Positions 1-11,780 of a stretch of 64,000 nt of DNA are shown here, piece by piece. The notes beneath the pieces were generated by a model. It was not told where the DNA came from. It worked only from the letters and a program-made list of their open reading frames with translations, and did not search any database. The position numbers and the translations under genes are program-made. The stretch covers positions 620,001 through 684,000 of the forward strand of contig JANJGN010000140.1 in NCBI GenBank assembly GCA_026770705.1, given 5' to 3'. Position 1 is the first letter of the stretch. Each line of letters opens with the position of its first letter. The stretch is from Isurus oxyrinchus (Eukaryota).

Positions 1-1420
1 TTAAGGTGTGTGGGGCGGCGGGGTTTGGGTGGGGGGAGAGAGAGAGAAGTGGAGGGGGTTGGTGTTGTTGTAGGGACAAACAAGCAATAATAGAAGCAGA
101 TCATCAAAAGATGTCACAAACAACAGAACAAAAGAACACATAGGTGTTAAAGTTGGTGATATTATCTAAATGAATGTGCTAATTAAGAATAGATGGTAGG
201 GCACTCAAGGTATAGCTCTAGTGGGGGTGGGTGGAGCATAAAAGATTTAAAAATATTTAAAAATAATGGAAATAGATTGGAAAAGAAAAATCTATATAAT
301 TTATTGGATAAAACAAAAGGAAGGGGGAAACAGAAAGGGGTTGGGGATGGAAGAGGGAGCTCAAGACCTAAAGTTGTTGAATTCAATATTCAGTCCGGAA
401 GGCTGTAAAGTGCCTAGTCAGAAGATGAGGTGTTGTTCCTCCAGTTTGTGTTGGGCTTCACTGGAACAATGCAACAAGCCAAGGACAGACATGTGGGCAA
501 GAGAGCAGGGAGGCGTGTTAAAATGGCAAGCGACAGGGAGGTTTAGGTCATTCTTGCGGACAGACCGCAGGTGTTCTGCAAAGCGGTCGCCCAGTTTACG
601 TTTGGTTTCTCCAATGTAGAGGAGACCACATTGGGAGCAACGAATGCAGTAGACTAAGTTGGGGGAAATGCAAGTGAAATGCTGCTTCATTTGAAAGGAG
701 TGTTTGGGCCCTTGGACAGTGAGGAAAGAGGAATTGAAGGGGCAGGTGTTGCATCTTTTGCATGGGCATGAGGTGGTGCCATAAGAGGGGGTTGAGGAGT
801 AGGGGGTGATGGAGGAGTGGACCAGGGTGTCCCGAAGGGAACGATCCCTACGGAATGCCGATAGGGGGGGTGAAGGGAAGATGTGTTTGGTGGTGGCATC
901 ATGCTGGAGTTGGCGGAAATGGCGGAGGATGATCCTTTGAATGCGGAGGCTAGTGGGGTGATAAGTGAGGACAAGGGGGACCCTATCATGTTTCTGGGAG
1001 GGAGGAGAAGGCACGAGAGTGGATGCGCGGGAGATGGGCCGGACACGGTTGAGGGGCCTGTCAATGACCGTGGGTGGAAAACCTCGGTTAAGGAAGAAGG
1101 AGGACATGTCAGAGGAACTGTTTTTGAAGGTAGCATCATCAGAACAGATGTGACGGAGGTGAAGGAACTGAGAGAATGGGATGGAGTCCTTACAGGAAGC
1201 GGGGTGTGAGGAGCTGTAGTTGAGGTAGCTGTGGGAGTCGGTAGGTTTGTAATGGATATTGGTGGACAGTCTATCACCAGAGATTGAGACAGAGAGGTCA
1301 AGGAAGGGAAGGGAAGTGTCAGAGATGGACCACGAGAAAATGATGGAGGGGTGGAGATTGGAAGATAAATTAATAAATTTTTCCAAGTCCCGACGAGAGC
1401 ATGAAGCAGCACTGAAGTAA
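1..1420 (-). mobile_element. Penelope-like retroelement (RT C-terminus + GIY-YIG endonuclease), 5'-truncated
   Basis: ORF 418..1386(-) has the RT thumb motif LPFLDLSV..HYKPTDSHSYLNYSSSHP and the GIY-YIG motif VYCIRCSQCGLLYIGETKRKLGDRFAEH. Confidence 0.9.
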
Positions 1421-1429
1421 TCTGTTCTG

Positions 1430-2752
1430 CATCTGTTCTGATGACGCTACCTTCAAAAACAGTTCCTCTGACATGTCCTCCTTCTTTCTTAACCGAGGTT
1501 TTCCACCCACGGTCGTTGACAGGACCCTCAACCATGTCCGGCCCATCTCCCGCGCATCCGCCCTCACGCCTTCTCCTCCCTCCCAGAAACATGATAGGGT
1601 CCCCCTTGTCCTCACTTATCACCCCACTAGCCTCCTCATTCAAAGGATCATCCTCCGCCATTTCCGACAACTCCAGCATGATGCCACCACCAAACACATC
1701 TTCCCTTCACCCCCCACCTATCGGCATTCCGTAGGGATCGTTCCCTTTGGGACACCCTGGTCCACTCCTCCATCACCCCCTACTCCTCAACCCCCTCCTA
1801 TGGCACCACCTCATGCCCATGCAAAAGATGCAACACCTGGCCCTTCAATTCCTCTCTCCTCACCGTCCAAGGGCCCAAACACTCCTTTCAAGTGAAGCAG
1901 CATTTCACTTGCATTTCCTCCAACTTAGTCTACTGCATTCGTTGCTCCCAATGTGGTCACCTCTACATTGGAGAAACCAAACGTAAACTGGGTGACCGCT
2001 TTGCAGAACACCTGCGGTCTGTTTAAAAGAATGACCTAAACCTCCCTGTCGCTTGCCATTTTAACACTCCTCCCTGCTCTCTTGCCCACATGTCTGTCCT
2101 TGGCTTGCTGCATTGTTCCAGTGAAGCCCAACGCAAACTGGAGGAACAACATCTCATCTTCCGACTAGGCACCTTACAGCCTTCCGGTCTGAATATTGAA
2201 TTCAACAACTTTAGGTCTTGAGCTCCCTCCTCCATCCCCACCCCCTTTCTGTTTCCCCCTTCCTTTTGTTTTTTTCCAAAAAATTATATAGATTTTTCTT
2301 TTCCAACCTATTTCCATTATTTTTAAATATTTTTAAACCTTTTATGTTCCCCCCACCCCCACTAGAGCTATACCTTGAGTGCCCTACCATCCATTCTTAA
2401 TTAGCACATTCGTTTAGATAACATCACCAACTTTAACACCTATGTGTTCTTTTGTTCTGTTGTTTGTGACATCTTTTGATGATCTGCTTCTATTATTGCT
2501 TGTTTGTCCCTACAACCACACCAACCCCCTCCACTTCTCTCTCTCTCCCCCAACCCAAACCACACCCCCCCACCCCCCCACCCCCACCGGCCCCACCACC
2601 GCCTCAACACACCTTAAACCAGCTTATATTTCGCCCCTTTCTAGGACTCACTCAAGTTCTGTCGAAGGGTCATGAGGACTCGAAACATCAACTCTTTTCT
2701 TCTCCGCCGATGCTGCCAGACCTGCTGAGTTTTTCCAGGTAATTCTGTTTTT
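1430..2752 (+). mobile_element. Penelope-like retroelement copy, inverted relative to 1..1420, with 3' pLTR-type terminus
   Basis: Near-identical reverse complement of 1..1151 (e.g. cacaccttaa at ~2608 vs ttaaggtgtg at 1). Frameshifted GIY-YIG region; terminal block with a hammerhead motif. Confidence 0.9.
2655..2693 (+). ncRNA. Minimal hammerhead ribozyme-like motif in the Penelope terminus
   Basis: agtt-CTGTCGA-a-GGGTC-atgag-GACTC-GAAAC-ATC-aact: stem I, core, stem II, GAAA and NUH triplet. Core position A6 is U. Confidence 0.6.
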
Positions 2753-3910
2753 GTGATGCTTCTGACATGCCTTCCTTCTTACATAAACAAGGTTTCCCAC
2801 CCACTGTGGTTGACAAGGCCCTCAACCGTGTCCGACCCATCTCCCGCATCTCTGCTTTCACACATTCCCCTCTCTCCCAGAATCATGATAAGGTCCCCCT
2901 TTTCCTCATGTTTCATCCCACCACCCCCACATTCAAAGGATCATCCTCCACCATTTCTGCTAACTCCAACATGATGCCACCACCAAACACATCTTCCCCT
3001 CATCACTCCACCCCCACCCCCAATCATGTCAGCATTTCTCAGGGACCGTTCCCTCCGGGACACCCTGGTCCACTCCTCCATCACCCCCAACAACTCAACC
3101 CTTCCCATGGCACCTTCCCAAGCAATCAGAGAAGATGCAACACCTGCCCCTTTACCTCCTCCCTCCTCACCTTCCAAGGGCCCAAACACTGCTTTCAGGG
3201 GAAGCACCGCTTCATTGCATCTACTTCAATTTGGTCGACTGCAATCGATGCTCCCTTTGCAGTCTCCTCTAGATTGGGAACACCAAACACAGACTGGCAG
3301 GCCACTTTGTGGAACACCTTCGGTCTATCTGCAAGCATGACCTAGACGTTCCTGTCGCTTGCAATTTCAACACGCCATCCTTCTCTGATACCCACATGTC
3401 CCTCTTTGACCTGCTGCATTCTCCCAGTGAAGCCTAACGCAAACTGGAGGAACAGAAGCTCATCTTCCGATTATGCACTTTACAGCCTTATTCATTTATT
3501 TATTTTTTTATCCTCTTTTAATCCCCTTTTTTATTTCTTTTTATAATGTTTTTCCCCAACCACCACCTCCTCCCCCTACCACCACCCCAAAAAGGCCATC
3601 AGTTACTTGTCCCATGTTGTTCTTTCACAGTGTGCTGATTCTGGCTCTGCTGTTAACACATCCTGCTTTCTTACCTTTATGACTGCATTAACACCTACTT
3701 TGTCCTTACCACTGCCATTAATACCCCCTTTTTCTGTTTGCCTATGTTATGTTTGGCAGTGTCACCTTACCCCCACCTATTGCTAGCTTTCTATCCAGCC
3801 TGACCTGCTCCATCCCACTTAAACAGCAAATGTCATCACATTTTGACTTCTCTTTAGCTCTGAGGAAGGTCATACGGTCTCAGAAAGTTAGCTCTGCTTC
3901 TCTCACCACA
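2753..3910 (+). mobile_element. Older, diverged Penelope-like copy
   Basis: Decayed homologue of the same ORF (GFPPTVVDKALNRVRPISR; RDRSLRDTLVHSS); degenerate hammerhead-like end near 3860-3895. Confidence 0.8.
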
Positions 3911-5679
3911 GGTGAGGCAGGGCCTAGTGCAGTGATTACTGACACAGGGACTAGAGTAATATAAACTAGGGCAGGGGCTAGTGCAGTGATTAATGATACA
4001 GGATGAGGATCAATATAAACTGAGACACTGTCCATTGAAGTGATTACGGTTACAGGGTGTACTTCAGTATAAACTGAGATAAGGTCCAGTACAGTGATTA
4101 CTGACACAGACCCTAGATTAATATAAACTGAGGCTGGGTCTAGTGCAGTGATAACTGATACAGTGTCCAGATCAATATAAACTGAGATAGGTCCAATTGC
4201 AGCGCTTACTGATAAAGGGCCTGGATTAATATAAACGGAGACAGGATCTAGTCCAGTGTTTACTGATACAGGTTCTCAATCAACATAAACTCAGACAATG
4301 CCGAGTGCACTGATTACTGATACAGGATCTAGATTTATAAAAACTGAGGCATGTTCTAGTGCAGTGATTACAGACACAGGATCTAACTTAATATAAACTG
4401 AGACAGGTTCTTGTGCAGTAATGACTGATACAGGGTCTCAATCAATATAAACTCAGACAATATCCAATGCAATGATTACTGATATAGGGCCGAGATAAAT
4501 ATGAATTGAGGCAGGGCCTACTGCAGTGATTACTGATACAGGGTCTAGGTTAACAGAAACTGAGAGAGGGCCAAGTGCAGTGATTATAGATTCAGGGTGC
4601 AGATTATAATAACCAGAACAGGGACGAGTGCAGTGATTACTGAAAAAGGGCCTTGATTAATTTAAACTGAGACAGACTCTTGTACAGTAATTACTGATAC
4701 ACAGTCTGGACTAACATAAACTGAGACATGGCCTGGTGTAGTGTTCATTGATACAGGGCCTAGATAAATATAACTGGGATTGGGACTCGGGCAGTGATTA
4801 CCGATACAGGGTCTAGCTTAATATATATTGAGACGGGGCCTAGTGCAGTGATATCTGAAACAGGGTCTAGAATCATAAAAAAAAACTGAGGCAGGTTGTA
4901 GTGCAGGCGTTACTGATAACGGGCTGAGATTAATATAAACTCAGAGAGGCTCAAGTGCAGTGATTACTGACACAGGGTCTAGATTGATATAAACTGAGAA
5001 ACAGTCCAGTGCAGTGCTTTTAGGTTCAGGGTGCAAATTATTATTACCAGAACAGGGTTGAATGCAGTAATTACTGATACAGGGTCTGAACCAACATAAA
5101 CTGAGGCAGGCCCTGGTGAAGTGTTCACTGATATCAGGCCTAGATAGATATAACTGGGACTGGAGCTCTTGCAGTGATTACTGCTGCAGTGACTAAATTA
5201 GTATAAACTGAGACTGGATCTAGTGCGGTGATAACTGATAGAGGGACTGGGCTAATATAAAGTGAGACAGAGTCTAGTGCAGAGTTAACTGATGTAGTGT
5301 CAAGATCAATATAAACTGGGACAGGGTCTAGGTCAATATCAACTGAGACAGTTTCTACTGCAGTGATGACTGATACTGGGTCTTGATTAATAAAAACTGA
5401 GACTGGGCCTAGTGCAGGGATTAATGTTGCAGGGTCTAAGTTAATATGAACCGAGACAGGTCTGGTGCAGAGATTACTGATACATGGTCTAGCTCAATAT
5501 ATATTGAGGCAGTGTCCAGTGTAGTGATTAATGACATGGGGTCTTGATTAATATAAACTGCGGAGGGCACAGTGCAGTGATTACTGATGCAGGCTCTAAG
5601 TTAATGTAAGCTGAGACAATGCCTGGTATGGTGATTACTGATACAGGGTCCAGATTGATAAAAACTGAGGCAGGGCAGG

Positions 5680-5825
5680 ATATAATTCTAAAATTGGCTT
5701 TGTTGTAGGAGACAGAGGATGATGTCAGAAGGATGTTTTAGTGACTGGAAGCCAGTGTCCAGTGGCATACCACAGGGATCTGTGCTGGGTCCCCTATTAT
5801 TTGTTATTTATATAAATGACATAGG
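5680..5825 (+). mobile_element. Short CR1 LINE RT fragment within the satellite
   Basis: gactggaagccagtgtccagtggcataccacagggatctgtgctgggtcc = SG(I)PQGSVLGP; same junction as the copy at 10690. Confidence 0.8.
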
Positions 5826-8800
5826 TCACTAGATCAATAGAAACTGAGACAGGGTCTAGTGCCGTGTTTACTGATACATAGTCCTGATTAATATAAACTC
5901 AGACAATGTCCAGTGAAGTCATTACTAATATAGGGTCTAGATTAATATAAACTGAGACAGGGTCTTGTGAGGTGAACACTGATGCAGGGTCCAGATTAAA
6001 ACAAACTCAGGCAATGTCCAATGCAGTTATAATTGATACAGGGCCGAGATAAATATAAACTGAGACTGGGCCTAATGCAGTGATTGCTGATACAGGGTCT
6101 GGATCAATATAAATGAGACAGTGCCCAGTGCAGTGATTACCGATACAGGGTCTAGATTAATATAAACTGAGACAGAGCCTAGTGTGATGATTACTGATAC
6201 AGGGTCTAGATGATAAAAATAGAGGCAGGGCATAGTGCAGTGATTACCATTACTGTGTCTCGACTAAAATAAGCAGAGGCATTCTCTAGTTCTATTATTA
6301 CTGATACAGGCTCTGGACTCATTTAAACTGAGAAAATTGATTATTGATACATGATATGGATTCATATAAACTGAGGCATGGCAACCTGCAGGGATTACTG
6401 ATACAGGACCTAGATTAGTATAAAGTGAGACACTGTCCATTGCAAAGATTATGATACAGGATCTAGATCAATATAAACTGAGATAGGGTCTAGTGCAATG
6501 ATTACTGATACAGGGTCTAGATTAATAGAACTTGAGACAGGCCAAGTGCAGTGATCACTGCTTGAGGGTTTAGATTGATATAAACTAATGCTGGGTCTAG
6601 TGCAGTAATTACTGACACAGGATCTAGATCAATATAAACAGAAACAGGGGCTAGTGCAATGATTACTGATACAGGGTCTAGATTAATAGAACTTGAGACA
6701 GGTCAAGTGCAGTGATCACTGCTAGAGGGTTTAGATTGATATAAACTAATGCTGGGTCTAGTGCAGTAATTACTGACACAGGGTCTGGACTCAAGTAAAT
6801 GGAGGCATTCTCTAGCTCTGTCATTATTGATACAGCGTGTGGACTAATATAAATGGAGACAGAGTCCAGCGAAGTTATTATTGATACAGGATCTGGATTG
6901 ATATAAACTGAGGCAGGCCATAGTGCAGTGATTACTGATGCAGGGCCGAGAAAAATATAAACGAGGACAGCGGCTAGTGCAGTGATTACTGATACAGGGT
7001 CTAGATCAATATAAAGTGAGGGTGTCCATTGCACTGATTATTATACAGGGTTTAATTTATATAAAATGTGACAGGCTCTAATGCCAGAATTACTGATACA
7101 GGGTCTGGATTAATATAAACTGAGACACTGTCCAGTGCAGTGATTTTTCATACAGGGTCTAGATGATAAAAACTGAGACAGGGCATAGTGCAGTGATTAC
7201 TGATACAGGGCCGGGGTAAATATAATGCAGGATAGAGGCTAGTGCATTGATTAATGACACAGGATCAATATCAATATCAACTGAGACAGTGTCGATTGCA
7301 CTGATTACTGATGCATGGCCTAAATTAATATGAATTGAGTCAGGGCCCAGTGCGGCAGTTACTGATTTAGGGTCTAGATTAATATGAACTGAGGCAGGCC
7401 ATATTGCAGTGATTACTGACACAGGGACTAGATTAACATAAACTAGGACAGGGGATTGTGCAGTGATTAATGATACAGGATCAGGGTCAATATAAACTGA
7501 GACAGTGTCCATTGAAGTGTTTACAGTTACAGGGTGTACATCAGTATAACATGAGACAGTGTCTGATGCAGTGATTACTGATCCTAGATCTTGATAAAAA
7601 TAAAACTGAGATAGTGATTAGTGCAGTGATTACTGATACATGGTCTTGATTAATATGAACTGAGGCATGGCCTAGTGCAGCGATTACTGATTTAGGGTCG
7701 AGATTGATATAAACTAAAGCAGGGAAATTTGCAGTAATTGCTGATACAGGGTTGAGATTGAAATAAACTGAGGCAGGGCATATTGCAGTGATTACTGATA
7801 CAGGGTCTAGGTTAATAGAAACTGAGAGAGGGCCAAGTGCAATGATTATAGATTCAGGGTGCAGATTATTATACCCAGAACAGGGACAAGTGCCGTGATT
7901 ACTGAAACAGGGCCTTGATTAATATAAACTGAGACAGGCTCTTGCACAATAATTACTGATACACGGCCTGAACTAACATAACCTGAGACCGAGCCTGGTG
8001 CAGTGTTCAATGACACAGGGCCTAGATAAGTATAACTGGGCCCGGGCTCGGGCACTGATTACTGCTGCAGGGACTAAATTAATGTAAACTGAGACAGGGC
8101 CTAGTGCAGTGATTACCGATACAGGGCCTAGATTGATAAACAAAATGAGGCATGGCATAGTGCACAGGATCTATCTTAATATAAACTGCAGCAGGGCCAA
8201 GTGCCGTGATTACTGACACATGGTCTCAATCAATATTAACTTAGACAATGTCCAGTGAAGCGATTACTGACACAGAGCCTAGATTAATATAAACTGAGGC
8301 AGGGCCTGGTGCAGTGATAACTGATACAGGGCCTCGATTAATATAAACAGAGAGAGGGCCAAGTCCAGTGATTACTGATAGAGGGTTTAAATTGATATAA
8401 ACTGAAGCAGGGCATATTGCGGTAACTACTGATACAGTGTCCCGATCAATATAAACTTAGAGAGGTCCAAGTGCAGCGATTACTGATACAGGATCTGGAT
8501 TAATATAAAGTGAGACAGGGCCTAGTGCAGTCATTACTGATACAGGATCTAGATTAATATAAACTAAGACGGGGCTTAATACAATTATTACTGATAGATG
8601 GTCTGGACTAATATAAACTGAGGCAGGCCATAGTGCAGTGATGACTGATACAGGATCTAGATTAATATAAACTGAGACAGGGTCTAGCACAGTGTTTACT
8701 AATACAGTGTTTCAATCAACATAAACCCAGACAATGTCGAGTGCAGTGATTACTGATACAGGATCTAGCTTAATATAAACTGAGACAGGTTCTTGTGCAG

Positions 8801-9073
8801 TAATTTCTGATACAGGGTCTCAATCAATATAAACTCAGACAATGTCTAATGCAGTGATTACTGATACAGGACCGAGATAAATATAAATTGAGGCAGGGCC
8901 TACTGCAGAGATTACTGGTACAGGGTCTAGGTTAGTAGAAAATGAGGGAGGGCCACGTGCAGTGATTATAGATTCAGGGTGCAGATTATAATAACTAGAA
9001 CATGGATGAGTACAGTGATTACAGAAAAAGGAGTTTGATTAATATAAACTGAGACAGGCTCTTGTACAGTAAT

Positions 9074-10272
9074 AAAAAACAAAAACAGAATTACCTGGAA
9101 AAACTCAGTAGGTCTGGCAGCATCGGCGGAGAAGAAAAGAGTTGACGTTTCGAGTCCTCATGACCCTTCGACAGAACTTGATTTCGAGTCCAGGAAAGAG
9201 TTGAAATATAAGCTGGTTTAAGGTGTGTGGGGGGGGTGGGGGGGGGGGGGGGGGGGGGGAAGGAGAGAGAGAGAGAGACAGAGGTGCTTGTGTAGACAAA
9301 CAAGCAGTGATAGAAGCAGATCATCAAAAGATGTCAGTAACAATGGTGCAAAAGAACACATAGGTGTTAAAGTTAAAGTTGGTGATATTATCTAAACGAA
9401 TGTGCTAATTAAGAATGGATGGTAGGGCACTCAAGGTACAGCTCTAGTGGGGGTGGGGGGAGCATAAAGGATTTTAAAATATTTAAAAATAATGGAAATA
9501 GGTGGGAAAAGAAAAATCTATAAAATTTATAGGGAAAAAAAAGGGGGAAAAAAAGGGGGAAACAGAAAGGGGGTGGGGATGGGGGAGGGAGCTCACGACC
9601 TAAAGTTATTGAATTCAATATTCAGACCGGAAGGCTGTAAGGTGCCTAGTCGGAAGATGAGGTGTTGTTCCTCCAGTTTGCGTTGGGCTTCACTGGAACA
9701 ATGCAGTAAGCCAAGGACAGACATGTGGGCAAGAGAGCAGGGTGGAGTGTTAAAATGGCAAGCCACAGGGAGGTTTGGGTCATTCTTGCGGACAGACCGC
9801 AGGTGTTCTGCAAAGCGGTCGCCCAGTTTACGTTTGGTCTCTCCAATGTAGAGGAGACCACATTGGGAGCAACGAATGCAGTAGACTAAGTTGGGGGAAA
9901 TGCAAGTGAAATGCTGCTTCACTTGAAAGGAATGTTTGGGCCCTTGGACGGTGAGGAGAGAGGAAGTGAAGGGGCAGGTGTTACATCTTTTGCGTGGGCA
10001 TGGGGTGGTGCCATAGGAGGGGGTTGAGGAGTAGGGGGTGATGGAGGAGTGGACCAGGGTGTCCCGGAGGGAGCGATCCCTACGGAATGCCGATAAGGGG
10101 GGTGAAGGGAAGATGTGTTTGGTGGTGGCATCATGCTGGAGTTGGCGGAAATGGCGGAGGATGATCCTTTGAATGCGGAGGCTGGTGGGGTGATAAGTGA
10201 GGACAAGGGGGACCCTATCATGTTTCTGGGAGGGAGGAGAAGGCGTGAGGGCGGATGCGCGGGAGATGGGCC
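9074..10272 (-). mobile_element. Penelope-like retroelement inserted in the satellite with a 12-bp TSD
   Basis: ORF 9593..10300(-) has an intact GIY-YIG domain; ttgtacagtaat occurs at 9062-9073 and 10280-10291. Confidence 0.9.
9140..9178 (-). ncRNA. Minimal hammerhead ribozyme-like motif (GUC triplet)
   Basis: The minus strand reads agtt-CTGTCGA-a-GGGTC-atgag-GACTC-GAAAC-GTC-aact. Confidence 0.65.
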
Positions 10273-10689
10273 AGTAATTTTGTACAGTAATTACTGACAC
10301 ATGGTCTGAATTAACATAAATTGAGACAGGACCTGATTTAATATTTAATCTTGATTAAAAACTGAGACAGGGCTTAGTGCAATGATTAATGTTACAGGGT
10401 CTAGATTAATATATATTGAGAGAGCCTCAAGTACAAAGATTACAGATACAGGATCCAGATTAATATAATCTGAGACAAGTCTAATGCGGAGACCAATGAT
10501 ACATACAACATAAATTGAGGCAGTGTCCAGTGCAGTGATTACTGACACAGGGTCTTGATTAATATAAACTGCGGCAGGGTACAGTGCAGTGATTACTGAT
10601 GCAGGCTCTAAATTAATGAGGGGAAGACAAGGTCTACTACGGTGATTACTGATACAGAGTCGAGATTCATAAAAACTGAGGCAGGGCAA

Positions 10690-11780
10690 AATATAATTTG
10701 AAAAATTGACTTAGTTGTAGGAGACAGAGTGTGATGACAGAAGGATGCTTTAGTGACTGGACGGCAGTGTCCAGTGGCATACCACAGGGATCTATGCTGG
10801 GTCCCCCATTATTTGGCACTTTTGTAAATGACATAGATGACTATGTGGGGGGCAGGATTAGTAAATTTGTGGCGGACACAAAGATTGGCCGGTTGGTTAG
10901 TGTGGGGTTGAGTGTTTTGCGCTACAGGAAGATATAGATGGGATGGTCAAATGAGCAAATAAGTGGCAGATGGAATTTAACCCTGAAAAGTGTGAGGTAA
11001 TACACTTTGGAAGGAGTAATTTGTCTAGGAAGTATTCAATGAATGGGATGACACTAGGAAGTTCTGAGGAAGAAAGGGAACTTGGTGTGTGTGTCCATTG
11101 ATCTCTGAAGGCGGAGAGGCATGTTAGAGGGGTGGTGAAAAAGGCAGATGGGACACTTGCCTTTTTCAGTCGAGGCATAGATTACAAAAGTAGGGAGGCC
11201 ATGTTGGAGTTGTATAGAACCTTGCTGAGGCCACAGCTGGAGTACCGTGTGCAGTTCTGATCGCCACATTATAGGAAGGATGTGATTGCACTGGAGGGGG
11301 TGCAGAAGAGATTCACCAGGATGTTGCCTGGTATGAAACATTTAAGATATGAAGAGAGGTTGTCTTCAATGGAGCAGAGAAGACTGAGGGGCAACTTGAT
11401 CGAGGTGTACAAGATTATGAGGGGCACGGACAGGGTGGATAGGGAGCAGCTGTTCCCCTTAGTTGAAGGGTCAGTCACAAGGGGGCAAAAGTTCAAGGTG
11501 AGGGGCAGGAGGTTTAGGGGGGATGTGAGGAAAAACGTTTTTACCCAGAGGGTGGGGACGGTCTGGAATGCGCTGCCTGCGAGGGTGGTGGAGGCAGGTT
11601 GCCTCACATCCTTTTAACAGTACCTGGATGAGCACTTGGCACTTCATAACATTCAAGGCAATGGGCCAAGTGCTGGTAAATGGGATTAGGTAGGTAGGTT
11701 AGGTGTTTCTCACATGTCGGTGCAGACTCGATGGTCCGAAGGGCCTCTTTTGCACTGTGTGGTTCTGTGATTCTGTGATA
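10690..11780 (+). mobile_element. CR1 LINE, 3' part
   Basis: SGIPQGSMLGP..FVNDID..KFVADTK and LEGVQKRFTRMLPG..RRLRGNLIEVYKIM; ends in the ttctgtga repeats typical of CR1 3' ends. Confidence 0.9.

Noticed and set aside
3880-10689. Hydrophobic repetitive ORFs (PVSVITALDPVSVYINL...)
   Set aside because: Translation artefacts of the 54-bp (18-codon) satellite; frequent stops and no gene structure.
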